From an uncultured virus (IMG/VR IMGVR_UViG_3300007171_000012) (lineage: Duplodnaviria > Heunggongvirae > Uroviricota > Caudoviricetes): a DNA stretch of 62,719 bases. A model generated the notes under the pieces. That model made no database searches and was not told where the DNA came from. It worked only from the letters and a program-made list of their open reading frames with translations. Positions 20,519 through 31,377 of this stretch are shown here, in pieces (the first letter of the stretch is position 1; every line of letters begins with the position of its first letter). A program made the position numbers and the translations under genes. Location of the stretch: the IMG/VR virus record IMGVR_UViG_3300007171_000012; one strand, written 5' to 3'.

Positions 20519-22397
20519 AAAAACGATACTCATACATAGTAATTTTTGCAAAGCCTTTACTGGATTTGGCAAGCACAAGAAAAATATCTTGCGCTACTTG
20601 TTTAAAACTGGTAAATACAATATTGTAGAATTGGCTAATGGTCGCCACTGGCAAGATCCAGAAATGGAAAGAATGCCTTGGAAGTGTGTTGGGTCTTTAC
20701 CAGATGCTGCCACTTTTATGCAGATCAAAGATCCTAATCAACAAAGAGCCGCTGGATATGGCGCATTGATGATCGACAAAGCAATCAAAGAATTTAAGCC
20801 AGATGTTTATATTGGTATTGAAGATATTTGGGCCTTTGATGGATTTTATCAAAAACCTTGGTGGAACAAAATCAATACAATGATTTGGACAACATTAGAC
20901 AGTCTTCCTATTCTTCAGTCTGCTATTGATGCAGCGCCAAAAGTCAAAAATTATTATGTGTGGGCGTCATTCGCTGAAAAAGCGATGAATAACATGGGTT
21001 ATGATCATGTTAAGACGTTGCGTGGAAGTCTCGACGTAAATCAGTTCTATAGATTCGATGATGATAAAAGAGAGTCTTTGAGAAAGAGATTCGGGCTTTC
21101 TAATGAGTTTATTATTGGATTTGTTTTTAGGAATCAGCTTAGAAAAAGTGTGCCAAATATGTTGGATGGCTTTAAGCTTTTTAAAAACGAAGTTCCAGAA
21201 GCTAAACTTTTGCTTCATACTCATTGGTCAGAAGGATGGGATATTCCAAAGCTTATAGAAGAGAAAGGTATCAATCCAAACGATATTCTTACTACATACT
21301 TTTGCTCAAAATGCAAACAATATGAAATAAGACCTTTCTCTGGCCAAGAACAAGATTGCAAATTCTGCGGATCTAAAAAAACCGTAAATACAACAAACAT
21401 TAACCAAGGAGTCAATGAGAAACAACTTAATCAAATCTACAATCTTATGGATGTCTATTGTCACCCTTTCACTAGCGGAGGTCAAGAAATCCCCATCCAA
21501 GAAGCTAAACTTGCAGAGCTTATCACACTTGTCACAAATTATTCCTGTGGAGTAGATTACTGTGATGATGAAAGCGGTGCATTGCCGCTTGATTGGGCGG
21601 AATATAGAGAACCTGGAACTCAGTTTATTAAAGCATCTACTGACCCAACAAGTATTTTTAAACAATTGATGAAAGTTTATCAAATGTCTTCTATTGAAAA
21701 AGCTGCGTGGGGTTTAAAAGCTCGCCAATTTGTAATTGATAAATGCTCGATTGAAGCTATTGGTAAACAGCTAGAAGAAATCATTGATTCAATGCCAACA
21801 GTCGATTACGATTTTTCGATGGAGCCTAAAAAATTAAATGCATTTTATGAGCCTATTATGACATTGAGCAATCAAGATTTTATTATTGATTTGCATAAAA
21901 ATATGCTGTATGAATCTATTGACAAAAATAGCACGATCACCAAGCATTGGCTTTCTGAAATGTCAAAAGGGCTGTCTAAAGAACAGTTTTTTAATCACAT
22001 CAAAAATATTTGTTTGAATTCGCAATTAAATAAGCCTGTCGAATTTGAAGATGTTTTAGATAAAGAGGATAAAGGAAAAAGAATCGCTATAGTTGTTCCA
22101 GAGTCGGCTACAGATGTATTGATGATTAATTCTTTGGTTAAAAATTTAAAAAAAGAATACCCTAATCATAATATCTATATTATTACCAAGCCTCAATACT
22201 TTGAATTGATTGAAGACAATTTATATATTCATAAGTGCATTGCTTATTCTGAATCAATTGATAGCCCCGCTATTTTAGAGGGCATTCATGATCATGAGGG
22301 ATATTTTGATTTGGCATTTTTCCCGACAGTCGCAACTCAAAAGAATGTTACTTATATCCACAACGGAAAAGACAAAATTCAATTTAATTTACAATGA
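20511..22397 (+). CDS. GT-B glycosyltransferase (GT4-like) with Zn-ribbon insert
   Basis: TGFG, RNQLRKS.P, YNLMDVYCHP..SGGQEIP.QEA; CxxC...CxxC. Confidence 0.8.
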   Translation: MNKKTILIHSNFCKAFTGFGKHKKNILRYLFKTGKYNIVELANGRHWQDPEMERMPWKCVGSLPDAATFMQIKDPNQQRAAGYGALMIDKAIKEFKPDVYIGIEDIWAFDGFYQKPWWNKINTMIWTTLDSLPILQSAIDAAPKVKNYYVWASFAEKAMNNMGYDHVKTLRGSLDVNQFYRFDDDKRESLRKRFGLSNEFIIGFVFRNQLRKSVPNMLDGFKLFKNEVPEAKLLLHTHWSEGWDIPKLIEEKGINPNDILTTYFCSKCKQYEIRPFSGQEQDCKFCGSKKTVNTTNINQGVNEKQLNQIYNLMDVYCHPFTSGGQEIPIQEAKLAELITLVTNYSCGVDYCDDESGALPLDWAEYREPGTQFIKASTDPTSIFKQLMKVYQMSSIEKAAWGLKARQFVIDKCSIEAIGKQLEEIIDSMPTVDYDFSMEPKKLNAFYEPIMTLSNQDFIIDLHKNMLYESIDKNSTITKHWLSEMSKGLSKEQFFNHIKNICLNSQLNKPVEFEDVLDKEDKGKRIAIVVPESATDVLMINSLVKNLKKEYPNHNIYIITKPQYFELIEDNLYIHKCIAYSESIDSPAILEGIHDHEGYFDLAFFPTVATQKNVTYIHNGKDKIQFNLQ

Positions 22398-23560
22398 GCC
22401 ATTTAATCGAAGAATACGCAAAAAATCTTGGAGTAAAAATTTCTAAACCAATGGTGTCAAAACATTTTTGGCCTTTGATTTATGATAATTATATCACTAT
22501 TTGTTTAGAAGATCAATCTCCATCAAAAAGCTATAAATATTACGAAATCGTAATAGATATGATCAGGGGATTTTTAAATAAACAGGATATCAAAATACTC
22601 CAAATAGGATCTTCTAAAAGCCCAAAATTAAATAATGTAGATGCAAGAATTTTGGATTTGAATTTTAAAAATGCAGCATATATCATTTCAAAATCAAAAC
22701 TTCATATTGGCGTAGATAACATTTTCTCTCATTATGCAAGCTCTATTGATATCCCGTTAGTTAATATTTTCGGAAATGTTTACGCTAATGTCTCAAAAGG
22801 TTATTGGAGTAAAAAATCTATAAATATTGAAGCTCCATGGAAAGTAAAGCCAAGTTTAAATGCGGCAGATTCTAATGATTCCATCAATAAAATCAAACCC
22901 GAAACAATTGCTTCTGCAATACTAAAACAGCTTTCTATTCACGCAGAGATTCCTTTGGAAACAAAATTCATTGGAGATTACTACTCTAATAAAGTCACAG
23001 AATTGATTCCAAATTTTTTTCAGCCTATTGAAGAATTAAAAAATCAAATTGTGTTTATTCGATTGGATTATGAATATGATTCGAATTGTTTTTCCAACTG
23101 GTGCAATTTCTTGAATACTTACTCGATTTTTTCGAAGCAACTCCTTCCTTTGCAGTTTTGCCGTTCATTTGCCAATAAAATTAAAAGTATTTCTTTTATT
23201 GTCTCTGAGGATTCTCCTGTGTCAGAAGAATATTTAGAACAATTGTCGTCTTTGAATATATCAGTTACTTTATTAGTGGAAAATGAATCAGATCTTCCAA
23301 AAATCAGAGAAAAGTTTTTTGATCATTCTGTGCATTTATATTTTAAATCAAATAAAAATATGTTGCCTGAAGATTGTAAAGATTTTTCTAAGCTATACTT
23401 TAATTCTTCAAAGATTATTTTTGCAAACGGCAAAACATACCCTAGCAAATATCACTGGCAGCAAAGAAAGAATCTTATTGACAAAAACTTCAATTTAGAA
23501 GATAATGAGTTGCTCTTAGAAGAGCTAAATCATTTTTATATTTATGCAAGAACAAAATAA
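22394..23560 (+). CDS. glycosyltransferase-like (GT9-like) protein
   Basis: ILQIGS, AYII.KSKLHIGVD...SHYA......V.IFG. Confidence 0.6.
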   Translation: MSHLIEEYAKNLGVKISKPMVSKHFWPLIYDNYITICLEDQSPSKSYKYYEIVIDMIRGFLNKQDIKILQIGSSKSPKLNNVDARILDLNFKNAAYIISKSKLHIGVDNIFSHYASSIDIPLVNIFGNVYANVSKGYWSKKSINIEAPWKVKPSLNAADSNDSINKIKPETIASAILKQLSIHAEIPLETKFIGDYYSNKVTELIPNFFQPIEELKNQIVFIRLDYEYDSNCFSNWCNFLNTYSIFSKQLLPLQFCRSFANKIKSISFIVSEDSPVSEEYLEQLSSLNISVTLLVENESDLPKIREKFFDHSVHLYFKSNKNMLPEDCKDFSKLYFNSSKIIFANGKTYPSKYHWQQRKNLIDKNFNLEDNELLLEELNHFYIYARTK

Positions 23561-24371
23561 TAAAGTGGATTCTTTAGTCGCTTATCCTCAAAGACCAATG
23601 GATAAATATAAGCGCAATTCATATGGGTTAATTGATTCAGTATCGTATGTTTTTAACGACGACGGCTCAATTAATTGGAGGGCTATGATCAAGCCAGAGT
23701 TTCTTTATGCGAATAAAGATTGGTTTGAAATTCGCAAGAAGGCTGTTCCAGATTCTATTGAAGGACTCGATGATAAGCAATTGCTTATTATGTTGGGTGG
23801 ACTCAAGGAGTTGGCCAAATTGAGAGGATTTCTTTCTGTCAATTACGATATTTCTCATCCTTCGCCTTCTTATGTCGTCGCGAAATGTGAAATTCAATGG
23901 GCGAAAAACTACGAAACAAATAATGAAGAATTGATTTATCAGGATGTCGGTAATGCTACCGCTGATAATACCGACGACTTTTGCATTAAATTCCTCGAAA
24001 CTATCGCATGCAATAGAGCATTTGTTCGCTGCGTTAGAAACTTTTTAAATATTCATATTGTGGGAGCCGACGAAATCGACAAATCAAAAAACAGAGTGGC
24101 AGATATTGGAGATTTGATTGTCTCTAATGCTCTTCCAATTAGTGCGCAAGGAACCCTTGAAAAAGCCGTCAACGAGAAGTTGAAGCTGCTATCCTTTGAA
24201 GAGTTCAAGGCATTTCTTAGAACGCTTTGGAAGAAAGCTAATGATGAACAAGACAAGCCTGTGCTGGAGCTTCTTGAAGAAGCAAAGAATTGGAAAGAGT
24301 TCAAAGACATTTCGGCAAAAACCTCTCGCGTTTTGCTCAAGATAGTGAATGAACATCAAAAGAATAACTAA
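23544..24371 (+). CDS. hypothetical protein, possible Rad52-like single-strand annealing protein
   Basis: GL.ELA..RG...ETIA.NRAFVRCVRNFLNI...G.DEI. Confidence 0.5.
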   Translation: MQEQNNKVDSLVAYPQRPMDKYKRNSYGLIDSVSYVFNDDGSINWRAMIKPEFLYANKDWFEIRKKAVPDSIEGLDDKQLLIMLGGLKELAKLRGFLSVNYDISHPSPSYVVAKCEIQWAKNYETNNEELIYQDVGNATADNTDDFCIKFLETIACNRAFVRCVRNFLNIHIVGADEIDKSKNRVADIGDLIVSNALPISAQGTLEKAVNEKLKLLSFEEFKAFLRTLWKKANDEQDKPVLELLEEAKNWKEFKDISAKTSRVLLKIVNEHQKNN

Positions 24372-24807
24372 TCCAATCGAATTCAATGAATTGATTGACG
24401 ATTTAGATTCTCTTTTTGAATACGAGAATCAAAGCCAAGGCCACAAATTGTTAAAGCATAACGCGGAAACAATTAAAGCGGCCTTTGGCCATCCTTCTAT
24501 ATTAGCTTGGGACTTATTTGTTTGGGCTAACAAGGAAGATGGAAAATTTGATTCTTGCATTATGTTTTTTAATGAGAAAAGCGTTAAGTTTGGAGAGCTT
24601 ATATTTTCTGAATATTTATGGCTATCTAAAAATCCAAAAGTTGGATATGCCTTATTCAGACAGGCAGTAAGCTTTGCTAAAAAAAATGGCTTCAAATTTA
24701 TCAGCATGTCCACTGTCAAGTCTCATCCAAAACATGAAAAAGTAAAATCATTTTATGAGAAAATCGGTTTATTAGAAGACTGCATTACATATATAGGAAA
24801 ATTATGA
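24349..24807 (+). CDS. GNAT-family acetyltransferase-like protein
   Basis: G.ALF..A..FAK..G......V..FYEKIG. Confidence 0.6.
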   Translation: MNIKRITNPIEFNELIDDLDSLFEYENQSQGHKLLKHNAETIKAAFGHPSILAWDLFVWANKEDGKFDSCIMFFNEKSVKFGELIFSEYLWLSKNPKVGYALFRQAVSFAKKNGFKFISMSTVKSHPKHEKVKSFYEKIGLLEDCITYIGKL

Positions 24808-24965
24808 ACAACAAAACTGCAAAAAAAATCCGCAAAATTATCCCTCCTACCGACAAAATTAGTCGCCGTAATTACCGAAGAGCCAAAAAGGTTTATAGCA
24901 GGCTGTCCAAAGACGCAAAGCCAGTATTCCTAGAATCTCTCAAGAAAATTATGGAATTAAATTGA
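24804..24965 (+). CDS. small basic hypothetical protein (53 aa)
   Basis: ATGA overlap with upstream gene; MNNKTAKKIRK...RRNYRRAKK. Confidence 0.55.
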   Translation: MNNKTAKKIRKIIPPTDKISRRNYRRAKKVYSRLSKDAKPVFLESLKKIMELN

Positions 24966-26087
24966 TGTTTTATATATCTTGTATAGCCCAGTAGGATCAA
25001 CTCCTGCCACTTTCAAGACGTAATACAATCCAGATTGGTCAACTGAGTAAGTCAGTTGGCCAATATTGTTTATATCGTTCTGAACAAAAGTATTGCCCGT
25101 TTCATTCAAAACTAATTTCAATTCTGAAGAAGTAAAATCGGAACCTTGTTGAACTTCGACTGTGTAAGCTAGCGTATGATATAATCCACTTTCAATAAAA
25201 TCAATTGGATAAGCACTTGATCCAATAATTTGTCCAGTTTTATAATCCAAATTCATTGATTCAAGGCCATCGAATAGTTCAAATTGATTACTAGAAACTA
25301 TAGATGTTTGTATAGCGGGATTTTCTTTCGCAAATATTTTTGGGCCAAAGGACAAAGCTTTGCCAGATCCTAATGATGAATATGGAACAATTTTGAAATA
25401 ATATGGAGTATCATAATTAAGGCCAAACGGTTTAATTCTTAAGGACAAAAGATTATCAAAATTCTGAATATTCTGGGAATATAAAAAATCAATATTTGTT
25501 TTTGGAGGAATAGATGCATCTTCATACAGAATAATGTTATCTCCAGTAGAAGCGTAAATATCATATCTTTCAAAATTTACATATTTAAAATTATTATCGA
25601 ATTTTAAGTCAACAACAATCTCGTCAAATACTTGAGTAGCAGATGAATCTGACCCAGAAGGCTCTTGTCCATCAGATACAACACATTCTGGCTCATTTAT
25701 AGAAGGAACATTTCCATAAACATAAAATTCTCCAGTAAATATTTTATTATCTAAAAAATTAGATATTTTTAAACGCACTCCAAAATCTTTGGTATAAGCT
25801 CCAAAAACACTTCTATTCGTTGTTTCTGAAAAATAAAAAGATCTACTTGTTCCACCAGAAAGATAATTTGGGAATACTAAATTGCCGCTTATATCTAAAA
25901 TATCAAAAGATAAATTATTAATCAAAGGATTTTCAATGAGTTGTTGATCATTTTCTACGGCATTAAGCTGGTGATCTAATAAAGAAAATGATAATGTTAC
26001 ATCTTTTTCAAGATGCACTCCACTACCAGAAAACACATTATTAAGATCGCCAGTATTTAGATTGAAATAGGTATCAAATTCATACAT
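24957..26087 (-). CDS. putative tail-associated protein
   Basis: Follows the tail tip J gene; FN3-like segment. Confidence 0.55.
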   Translation of the reverse strand: MYEFDTYFNLNTGDLNNVFSGSGVHLEKDVTLSFSLLDHQLNAVENDQQLIENPLINNLSFDILDISGNLVFPNYLSGGTSRSFYFSETTNRSVFGAYTKDFGVRLKISNFLDNKIFTGEFYVYGNVPSINEPECVVSDGQEPSGSDSSATQVFDEIVVDLKFDNNFKYVNFERYDIYASTGDNIILYEDASIPPKTNIDFLYSQNIQNFDNLLSLRIKPFGLNYDTPYYFKIVPYSSLGSGKALSFGPKIFAKENPAIQTSIVSSNQFELFDGLESMNLDYKTGQIIGSSAYPIDFIESGLYHTLAYTVEVQQGSDFTSSELKLVLNETGNTFVQNDINNIGQLTYSVDQSGLYYVLKVAGVDPTGLYKIYKTSI

Positions 26088-26090
26088 AAT

Positions 26091-29000
26091 TTAAATAATT
26101 GAAAAGTTAGAAACAATAGGTTTGTCAATTGAAGTTAATTGACCAGAGTAAGCTACAAAAGCGCCTGTTTCTTTTGGAATAGAATTCAAATAATAGCTTC
26201 CGTCGCCTAAGCTAATTAGGTTTAATTTCCATTGCCCTAATGAAGAAAGACCTGTTAGCAAATAATTACTTGTCGATGAGTTGACTATATCAGAATAATA
26301 TTCACTCGAAATAGTATTATAAAATTTAATTTGAGTTCCAGTTAATCCAATTGGATTCTCCCACGATGCAGTCAATGAGAATCCAGTTGAAGTTAAATTG
26401 GTTCCTGAAAAAGATAAAATATTTGGAGCGGCTAATTCTTTTACTTCGACATTGTTGATGATCGTTGGGGATGAAGAATAAGTATTAGGAAGAAAATCTT
26501 CGGCAATAAAGTTTTCAATTTCTTCAAACTTTCCTGTATTATATTTGCTAGCGACTACAGTATATTCGTTTTGATTTTGTTCGCGGATTGAAATTATCTT
26601 ATAGATTTGATCGGTTGCATTTTTTCTTTCTAATCTATATGGACTTCCGAGAGCAATTTTAGAAACTAAATTTGCATTAATATCATTTTGGTCAATATAC
26701 ACTTTCGAGCCAAAATCTAAATTGGTATAGCCAGTAAGCGCAAATTTGGTAATTTGAGAATGATTCAACTGTTCAATTTCTGATGAAAGCGCCCCTTTGT
26801 AACCTTCGCTCTGATCAAATTTGAAAGAGCCTGAAATAGAGCCTGAAGGCGCTGATCTGTAATTTCCAACTGATGAATAAACAAACCCAGTAGAGAATAA
26901 AGACGATTCATCGACTACATTAAAAATATCTAACATTCCAGTTTGGGTAATAATTTTATCATACAGTGTATTATTTTGATAGATTTTCCCAGTTGAGAAA
27001 ATAAATCCAGTGGCTCCTGTTGAATAGTAGCAATACAGATTTTGATTATTAGAATAGTTTTTGCCAGTATATATAGGATATTGAATTCCAGAAGGATAAT
27101 CTACATTGATTATTTTATCCGCATATCCAGAAAAGTAGTATCTTCCTGTCAAATAATTATAGCTTGAATTGATTAATCCAGTTGTGATGTCAAAATAATC
27201 AGTTCTATTTCTTTGAATATTGCTTAAATCATTTAGTTCTTTATTTGTTGAATATCCAGTTGGCGTATATACAGTAATTGTATTATCAAAAGATCCTGAT
27301 ATGAATGAATTATCAATAGTTAAATATTTTTGCGGCAAATTAATATCTAGAATTCGACCATAATTTACTTGTCTTGTCTTCAATTCATCTTCTACTATGA
27401 TTAGATCACCAGGTCGGCACAATAAAGATTCCAAACCAGCTAAAAACTCAATCGTTTGATTTTCTTTAATGGTTTGATAAATGATATGCTGGCCTATTCT
27501 GCGGGCCATAGCTCTTGATGTAACTCCTAAAGTATTTATTGTTGTTTTGAATATTCCTCTTTTTCTAATATCTGATTCATCTTGGACGTATTCAATTTTA
27601 CTTTGATAGTTATCAAATCTATCTAAATATGCCACTTCTACAGTATTAAACTGCTGATCTCTGCGCATATTGGTATAATTGAACGCTCCATCTTTTACAT
27701 TGCTATTTGTAAAAATAGCAATAGGAGTTCTTGGTCTATCATCTAAAAAGTGAATTTCTGAGTTACTGAAAAATACTATTCCTCTGAAAAGACTAGCTAC
27801 GACATTAATAGCATCAAATATTTTAGTTTGTTCTCTGAAAATGATATTGCATGAATATCGAGGCTCTAATCCTCCTACTCCATCAGAGACTCCAACAAAA
27901 AATCCGTCATCGTCAACTGCATCACAAAAACGAGCAATTTTATAAAGCTCCCATTTATTAATTTGTGAAGCGTCTATATAAGAGCCTAAACCGTATCTTT
28001 TGCTTGTCAAGAGATCGTATATGATCCATGCAGGATTATCTGTCCAGCCTTCTTTAAATTGACCGTCCCAATCTCCTTCGTAAATTTTACTATCTCCATT
28101 ATAATCTGTTGATTTAGAAATATACCTTTTATCTGAACCGTCGATATTTAATGGATTGTAGTTTTTGGGTATTTGAATTTTCTTTAATCTACAGTCGTAA
28201 CTTCTTTCTGGAACGGATGAAAAAGATCTGGCGTCAATTTTTACTCCTACTAATGAAGAAAAAGGATATGATAAATCATTTTGAATAATTTCGGTAACTT
28301 TATTCAAATAAACTTCCTTGTTGATTAAGATAGAGTTTGTTTCTGCGGATAGTTTAGTTACTTTTAAATATCTTTTAGTAGAAGTAGAGTTTTCGCCTTC
28401 TTGAAGAGCGGGCAATTTAAATAAAACGTCTTCTCCGATTTCTTGCAAAGCATTATTGGAAGAATCGAATTCTTTTACTGTTGATTTTAAATCAGATGAT
28501 ATTTTAGAATCTGGACATCCTAAATCAATTAACATTTGCCCTTCTACCAAAGCCAAAATCGAAAATACTCTAATTGTTTTAGTGGTTTCATCAATTTGTC
28601 CATTAGTAATCTTTCCATATTCAACTTTAATATTGACAATAGATGGTATTTTTGATCCTGCTTTAACAGGTTTATTGTCAGAGGTAAAGGAAGCTGGTTT
28701 GTCAATTTCAACTGTATCACTCAGCGCCGAAAGGCCAAGCGTTAAATAAACAGCGTTAACATTTGGATTTTCAATAGTATGAGTTACCGCTGTTGCATCT
28801 TCATCAATAGAGTTTTTAGCATTCCAATCAGAGTAGTCTTGATTTTGAGTTCCTCCTTGTTTGCCTAATAAAATAGCCCTAGTATCAAGAGAGCCTTCTG
28901 CTTCTGAGTTGATTGCGTCTGCAAGCGGTATATTTAAATTAGCCTTGCTTGTATCTCCAGCTTTTAAATCAGTGATTCTTTGCACTTGAAACGCTGTTTT

Positions 29001-30317
29001 AAATGGGCCTAACAATTTAGTGTTATAATCATGATCTACAAAAATATTTTTGAAATGTTCAAGAGGTTCTTGCTGCTCGTCTCCATCTTTAAATTCACAA
29101 GAAATATTCAAGAAATTGTATTTACTTGTTTTTGACGAACTATTTGGCTCTATTCCTTTGTATAAGTTTAAATTTGTTCCTGATTTAGCAAATGGTATAG
29201 TGTTGTCTAGATATATTTTATAATATTGCTCGCTAGGATCGCTAGGATTTATGTAATAACTTGAATACGCATTCAACTTGAATACCAAACATCCAAATAT
29301 TTGATTTTTATAATTTTTAGTTGCCAAATCAACATATGGAACTAGAAATTCTTGTATATTGGAAGATGCAAATGATTTTTCAAAATCTCCTAAGTTAAAA
29401 AAAGTATTACTTAATTTTTTATCGTTCGCAGTTTCCGCTGCATATGAAGATGCCTGCCCCCAATTAACTGTTTTCTTATTGGATGAAGAACCTAGTTTAA
29501 TAACTAAGAATACATCATTTTTCGATTTCCAATTAAATGAGCTGTCGCGAGAATTAAAATATTGTGATTTGAAATTTTCTAAATTTACTTGAGCTTTAGA
29601 ACAAATATCTCTTTGTAAAATATTATTTACGGAAGAATTTATTTCTGTAGATAATTCTGAAGAAAACTGATTTAGTATTGTTCCCGAAGCAAATAAAGAG
29701 TCTTTTCTATAGTGTATCTCTACAGGAACATTAACATCTGTCGATGAAAAATAAGACAATTTAGATAGATTGTTTTTATCTCCTATCCATTGCCATCCTT
29801 TACCGCTAAGGCCGATACTTTTTTCGGTTAAAGAAGAATAAAAATAATTATTACTTCCTTTTTGAACATATTTAGACATCAGCAAGTTAGATTGCTGCGC
29901 TCTCAAATTCATTTTAGGAGTCCATCCATTAGGAGGTGAAAATTGATAATATTTATACGACTCTTTATCAGTATCGTAAAATCTAGACCCTAATTGATTC
30001 AGTAAGCTATCAATATTAATATCAAAAATTTTGTCTGTATTTGGCGGCTGTTCAGAATTTTTATCCGTTACTTGGATTGGAGTATTGTCTAAATAAACGC
30101 CTTGTAAAACACTTTTGCCAGCACCTAAAACTTGTCCATTTTGATTAACTAATCCTTCAATAGGTCCATCTGAAATCAAATCAACAATTTCTACTACGCT
30201 ATAAGAATTAAGAACTTGAAAATTACCAATTTCAGGTGGTCTTAAAACTGCTGGTTGTGGTTTTGGCTTGCTTTTGCCACCACCTTGTAAGATTTTTTTA
30301 TTAAATATGTGTTTCAT
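26091..30317 (-). CDS. tail tip protein J (lambda gpJ/TipJ-like)
   Basis: DLISDGPIEGLV, LSYP.S......DA..F, WDG.FK..WTDNPAWI.YD, EPRYSCN, RPGD.I.V.D. Confidence 0.9.
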   Translation of the reverse strand: MKHIFNKKILQGGGKSKPKPQPAVLRPPEIGNFQVLNSYSVVEIVDLISDGPIEGLVNQNGQVLGAGKSVLQGVYLDNTPIQVTDKNSEQPPNTDKIFDINIDSLLNQLGSRFYDTDKESYKYYQFSPPNGWTPKMNLRAQQSNLLMSKYVQKGSNNYFYSSLTEKSIGLSGKGWQWIGDKNNLSKLSYFSSTDVNVPVEIHYRKDSLFASGTILNQFSSELSTEINSSVNNILQRDICSKAQVNLENFKSQYFNSRDSSFNWKSKNDVFLVIKLGSSSNKKTVNWGQASSYAAETANDKKLSNTFFNLGDFEKSFASSNIQEFLVPYVDLATKNYKNQIFGCLVFKLNAYSSYYINPSDPSEQYYKIYLDNTIPFAKSGTNLNLYKGIEPNSSSKTSKYNFLNISCEFKDGDEQQEPLEHFKNIFVDHDYNTKLLGPFKTAFQVQRITDLKAGDTSKANLNIPLADAINSEAEGSLDTRAILLGKQGGTQNQDYSDWNAKNSIDEDATAVTHTIENPNVNAVYLTLGLSALSDTVEIDKPASFTSDNKPVKAGSKIPSIVNIKVEYGKITNGQIDETTKTIRVFSILALVEGQMLIDLGCPDSKISSDLKSTVKEFDSSNNALQEIGEDVLFKLPALQEGENSTSTKRYLKVTKLSAETNSILINKEVYLNKVTEIIQNDLSYPFSSLVGVKIDARSFSSVPERSYDCRLKKIQIPKNYNPLNIDGSDKRYISKSTDYNGDSKIYEGDWDGQFKEGWTDNPAWIIYDLLTSKRYGLGSYIDASQINKWELYKIARFCDAVDDDGFFVGVSDGVGGLEPRYSCNIIFREQTKIFDAINVVASLFRGIVFFSNSEIHFLDDRPRTPIAIFTNSNVKDGAFNYTNMRRDQQFNTVEVAYLDRFDNYQSKIEYVQDESDIRKRGIFKTTINTLGVTSRAMARRIGQHIIYQTIKENQTIEFLAGLESLLCRPGDLIIVEDELKTRQVNYGRILDINLPQKYLTIDNSFISGSFDNTITVYTPTGYSTNKELNDLSNIQRNRTDYFDITTGLINSSYNYLTGRYYFSGYADKIINVDYPSGIQYPIYTGKNYSNNQNLYCYYSTGATGFIFSTGKIYQNNTLYDKIITQTGMLDIFNVVDESSLFSTGFVYSSVGNYRSAPSGSISGSFKFDQSEGYKGALSSEIEQLNHSQITKFALTGYTNLDFGSKVYIDQNDINANLVSKIALGSPYRLERKNATDQIYKIISIREQNQNEYTVVASKYNTGKFEEIENFIAEDFLPNTYSSSPTIINNVEVKELAAPNILSFSGTNLTSTGFSLTASWENPIGLTGTQIKFYNTISSEYYSDIVNSSTSNYLLTGLSSLGQWKLNLISLGDGSYYLNSIPKETGAFVAYSGQLTSIDKPIVSNFSII

Positions 30318-30970
30318 GAACCCTTGGTATTTGTTATTAATGCTGCTTTATTATTCTTGGAGCCGACGAGAGCATCTTTTGTATCGTATCTTTGAGGATA
30401 AGATTTTATTGTGGTTTGGATTACATTTGATCCCGCTCGTAATCTTCCATATCCAACTGGAACAGGACTTCCTTGTTCTGCTAAATTGGCTTTTGAGCTT
30501 ATTAAAAACGATTGTTTAGCTCCGCTAATAGTTGCTTCTGTAGGTTTATTATCAGGCTTTGGAGCAAGCATCATTTGGAGGGCCATGCTTATCATCATCA
30601 TCCCAAGGCTAGAAACAAAACTAGCAGCCGTTCCAAGTGAAAATCCTAAAATAGCTCCAGTAGTTCCTGCGTAAGCTAATCCTGTGCCGACTACCGCTAA
30701 AGCCACCGCGCCACTTCCACAAATAATAGGAACTAAATCTATTTGTTCGGGGCTATTGCATACGTCCAATTGTTCGATATGCTCCATTTTTTCGCCATTA
30801 ACTAAAATACCATAATGTATTCCTTGTTCAGATAATTCGTTCATTCTTTTTCTAAATGAATTAAATTTGGAACTAATAGCCTCCAAAATTTCTTTTGGCT
30901 TTTTAATTTCAAAAAACATAGAGTTTTGAAATTCTTGAGCAAGAATGCCATGTAAATTAACTAATGTCAT
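30314..30970 (-). CDS. tail assembly protein I (lambda gpI-like)
   Basis: V.LHG.L, I.LVP.I.GSG, hydrophobic stretch, QG.PVPVGYGRL..GS.VI. Confidence 0.85.
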   Translation of the reverse strand: MTLVNLHGILAQEFQNSMFFEIKKPKEILEAISSKFNSFRKRMNELSEQGIHYGILVNGEKMEHIEQLDVCNSPEQIDLVPIICGSGAVALAVVGTGLAYAGTTGAILGFSLGTAASFVSSLGMMMISMALQMMLAPKPDNKPTEATISGAKQSFLISSKANLAEQGSPVPVGYGRLRAGSNVIQTTIKSYPQRYDTKDALVGSKNNKAALITNTKGS

Positions 30971-31377
30971 AAAATCTTATCCTTTATCCTTGTTAATATC
31001 TTTACATCATAATCTTTGTTTTTAGGATCATAAACATAAAATTTGCGAGAATTAATTGAAAAAATAATAAATGATAGGCATGCAGCTTCGGACATTTTAA
31101 TATCAAATTCAGATGGATTTTCATCACCTACAACATGACTATGAAAAACTCCCAATAAAGAATATTGATTTTTGAATTTTAAATAATTCGCTGGATTGAT
31201 AACAAAAAAAGAACGAGGGTCAGAAGATTCATTTTTTTCAATAGTCGCTATAAAATTTTCCTGCTTTTTATCAAACCCGATGAATCCACAAATTTCATTA
31301 TTGAAATTGCGCATAGAATGATTGATGATGAAATCTTTTATTTCACCAATAGATTTAGATACGATTTTATCTTCCAT
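30967..31377 (-). CDS. JAB/Mov34-domain tail assembly protein (gpK-like, no NlpC domain)
   Basis: EICGF...FHSH....ENPSEFD; lies between L and I. Confidence 0.8.
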   Translation of the reverse strand: MEDKIVSKSIGEIKDFIINHSMRNFNNEICGFIGFDKKQENFIATIEKNESSDPRSFFVINPANYLKFKNQYSLLGVFHSHVVGDENPSEFDIKMSEAACLSFIIFSINSRKFYVYDPKNKDYDVKILTRIKDKIL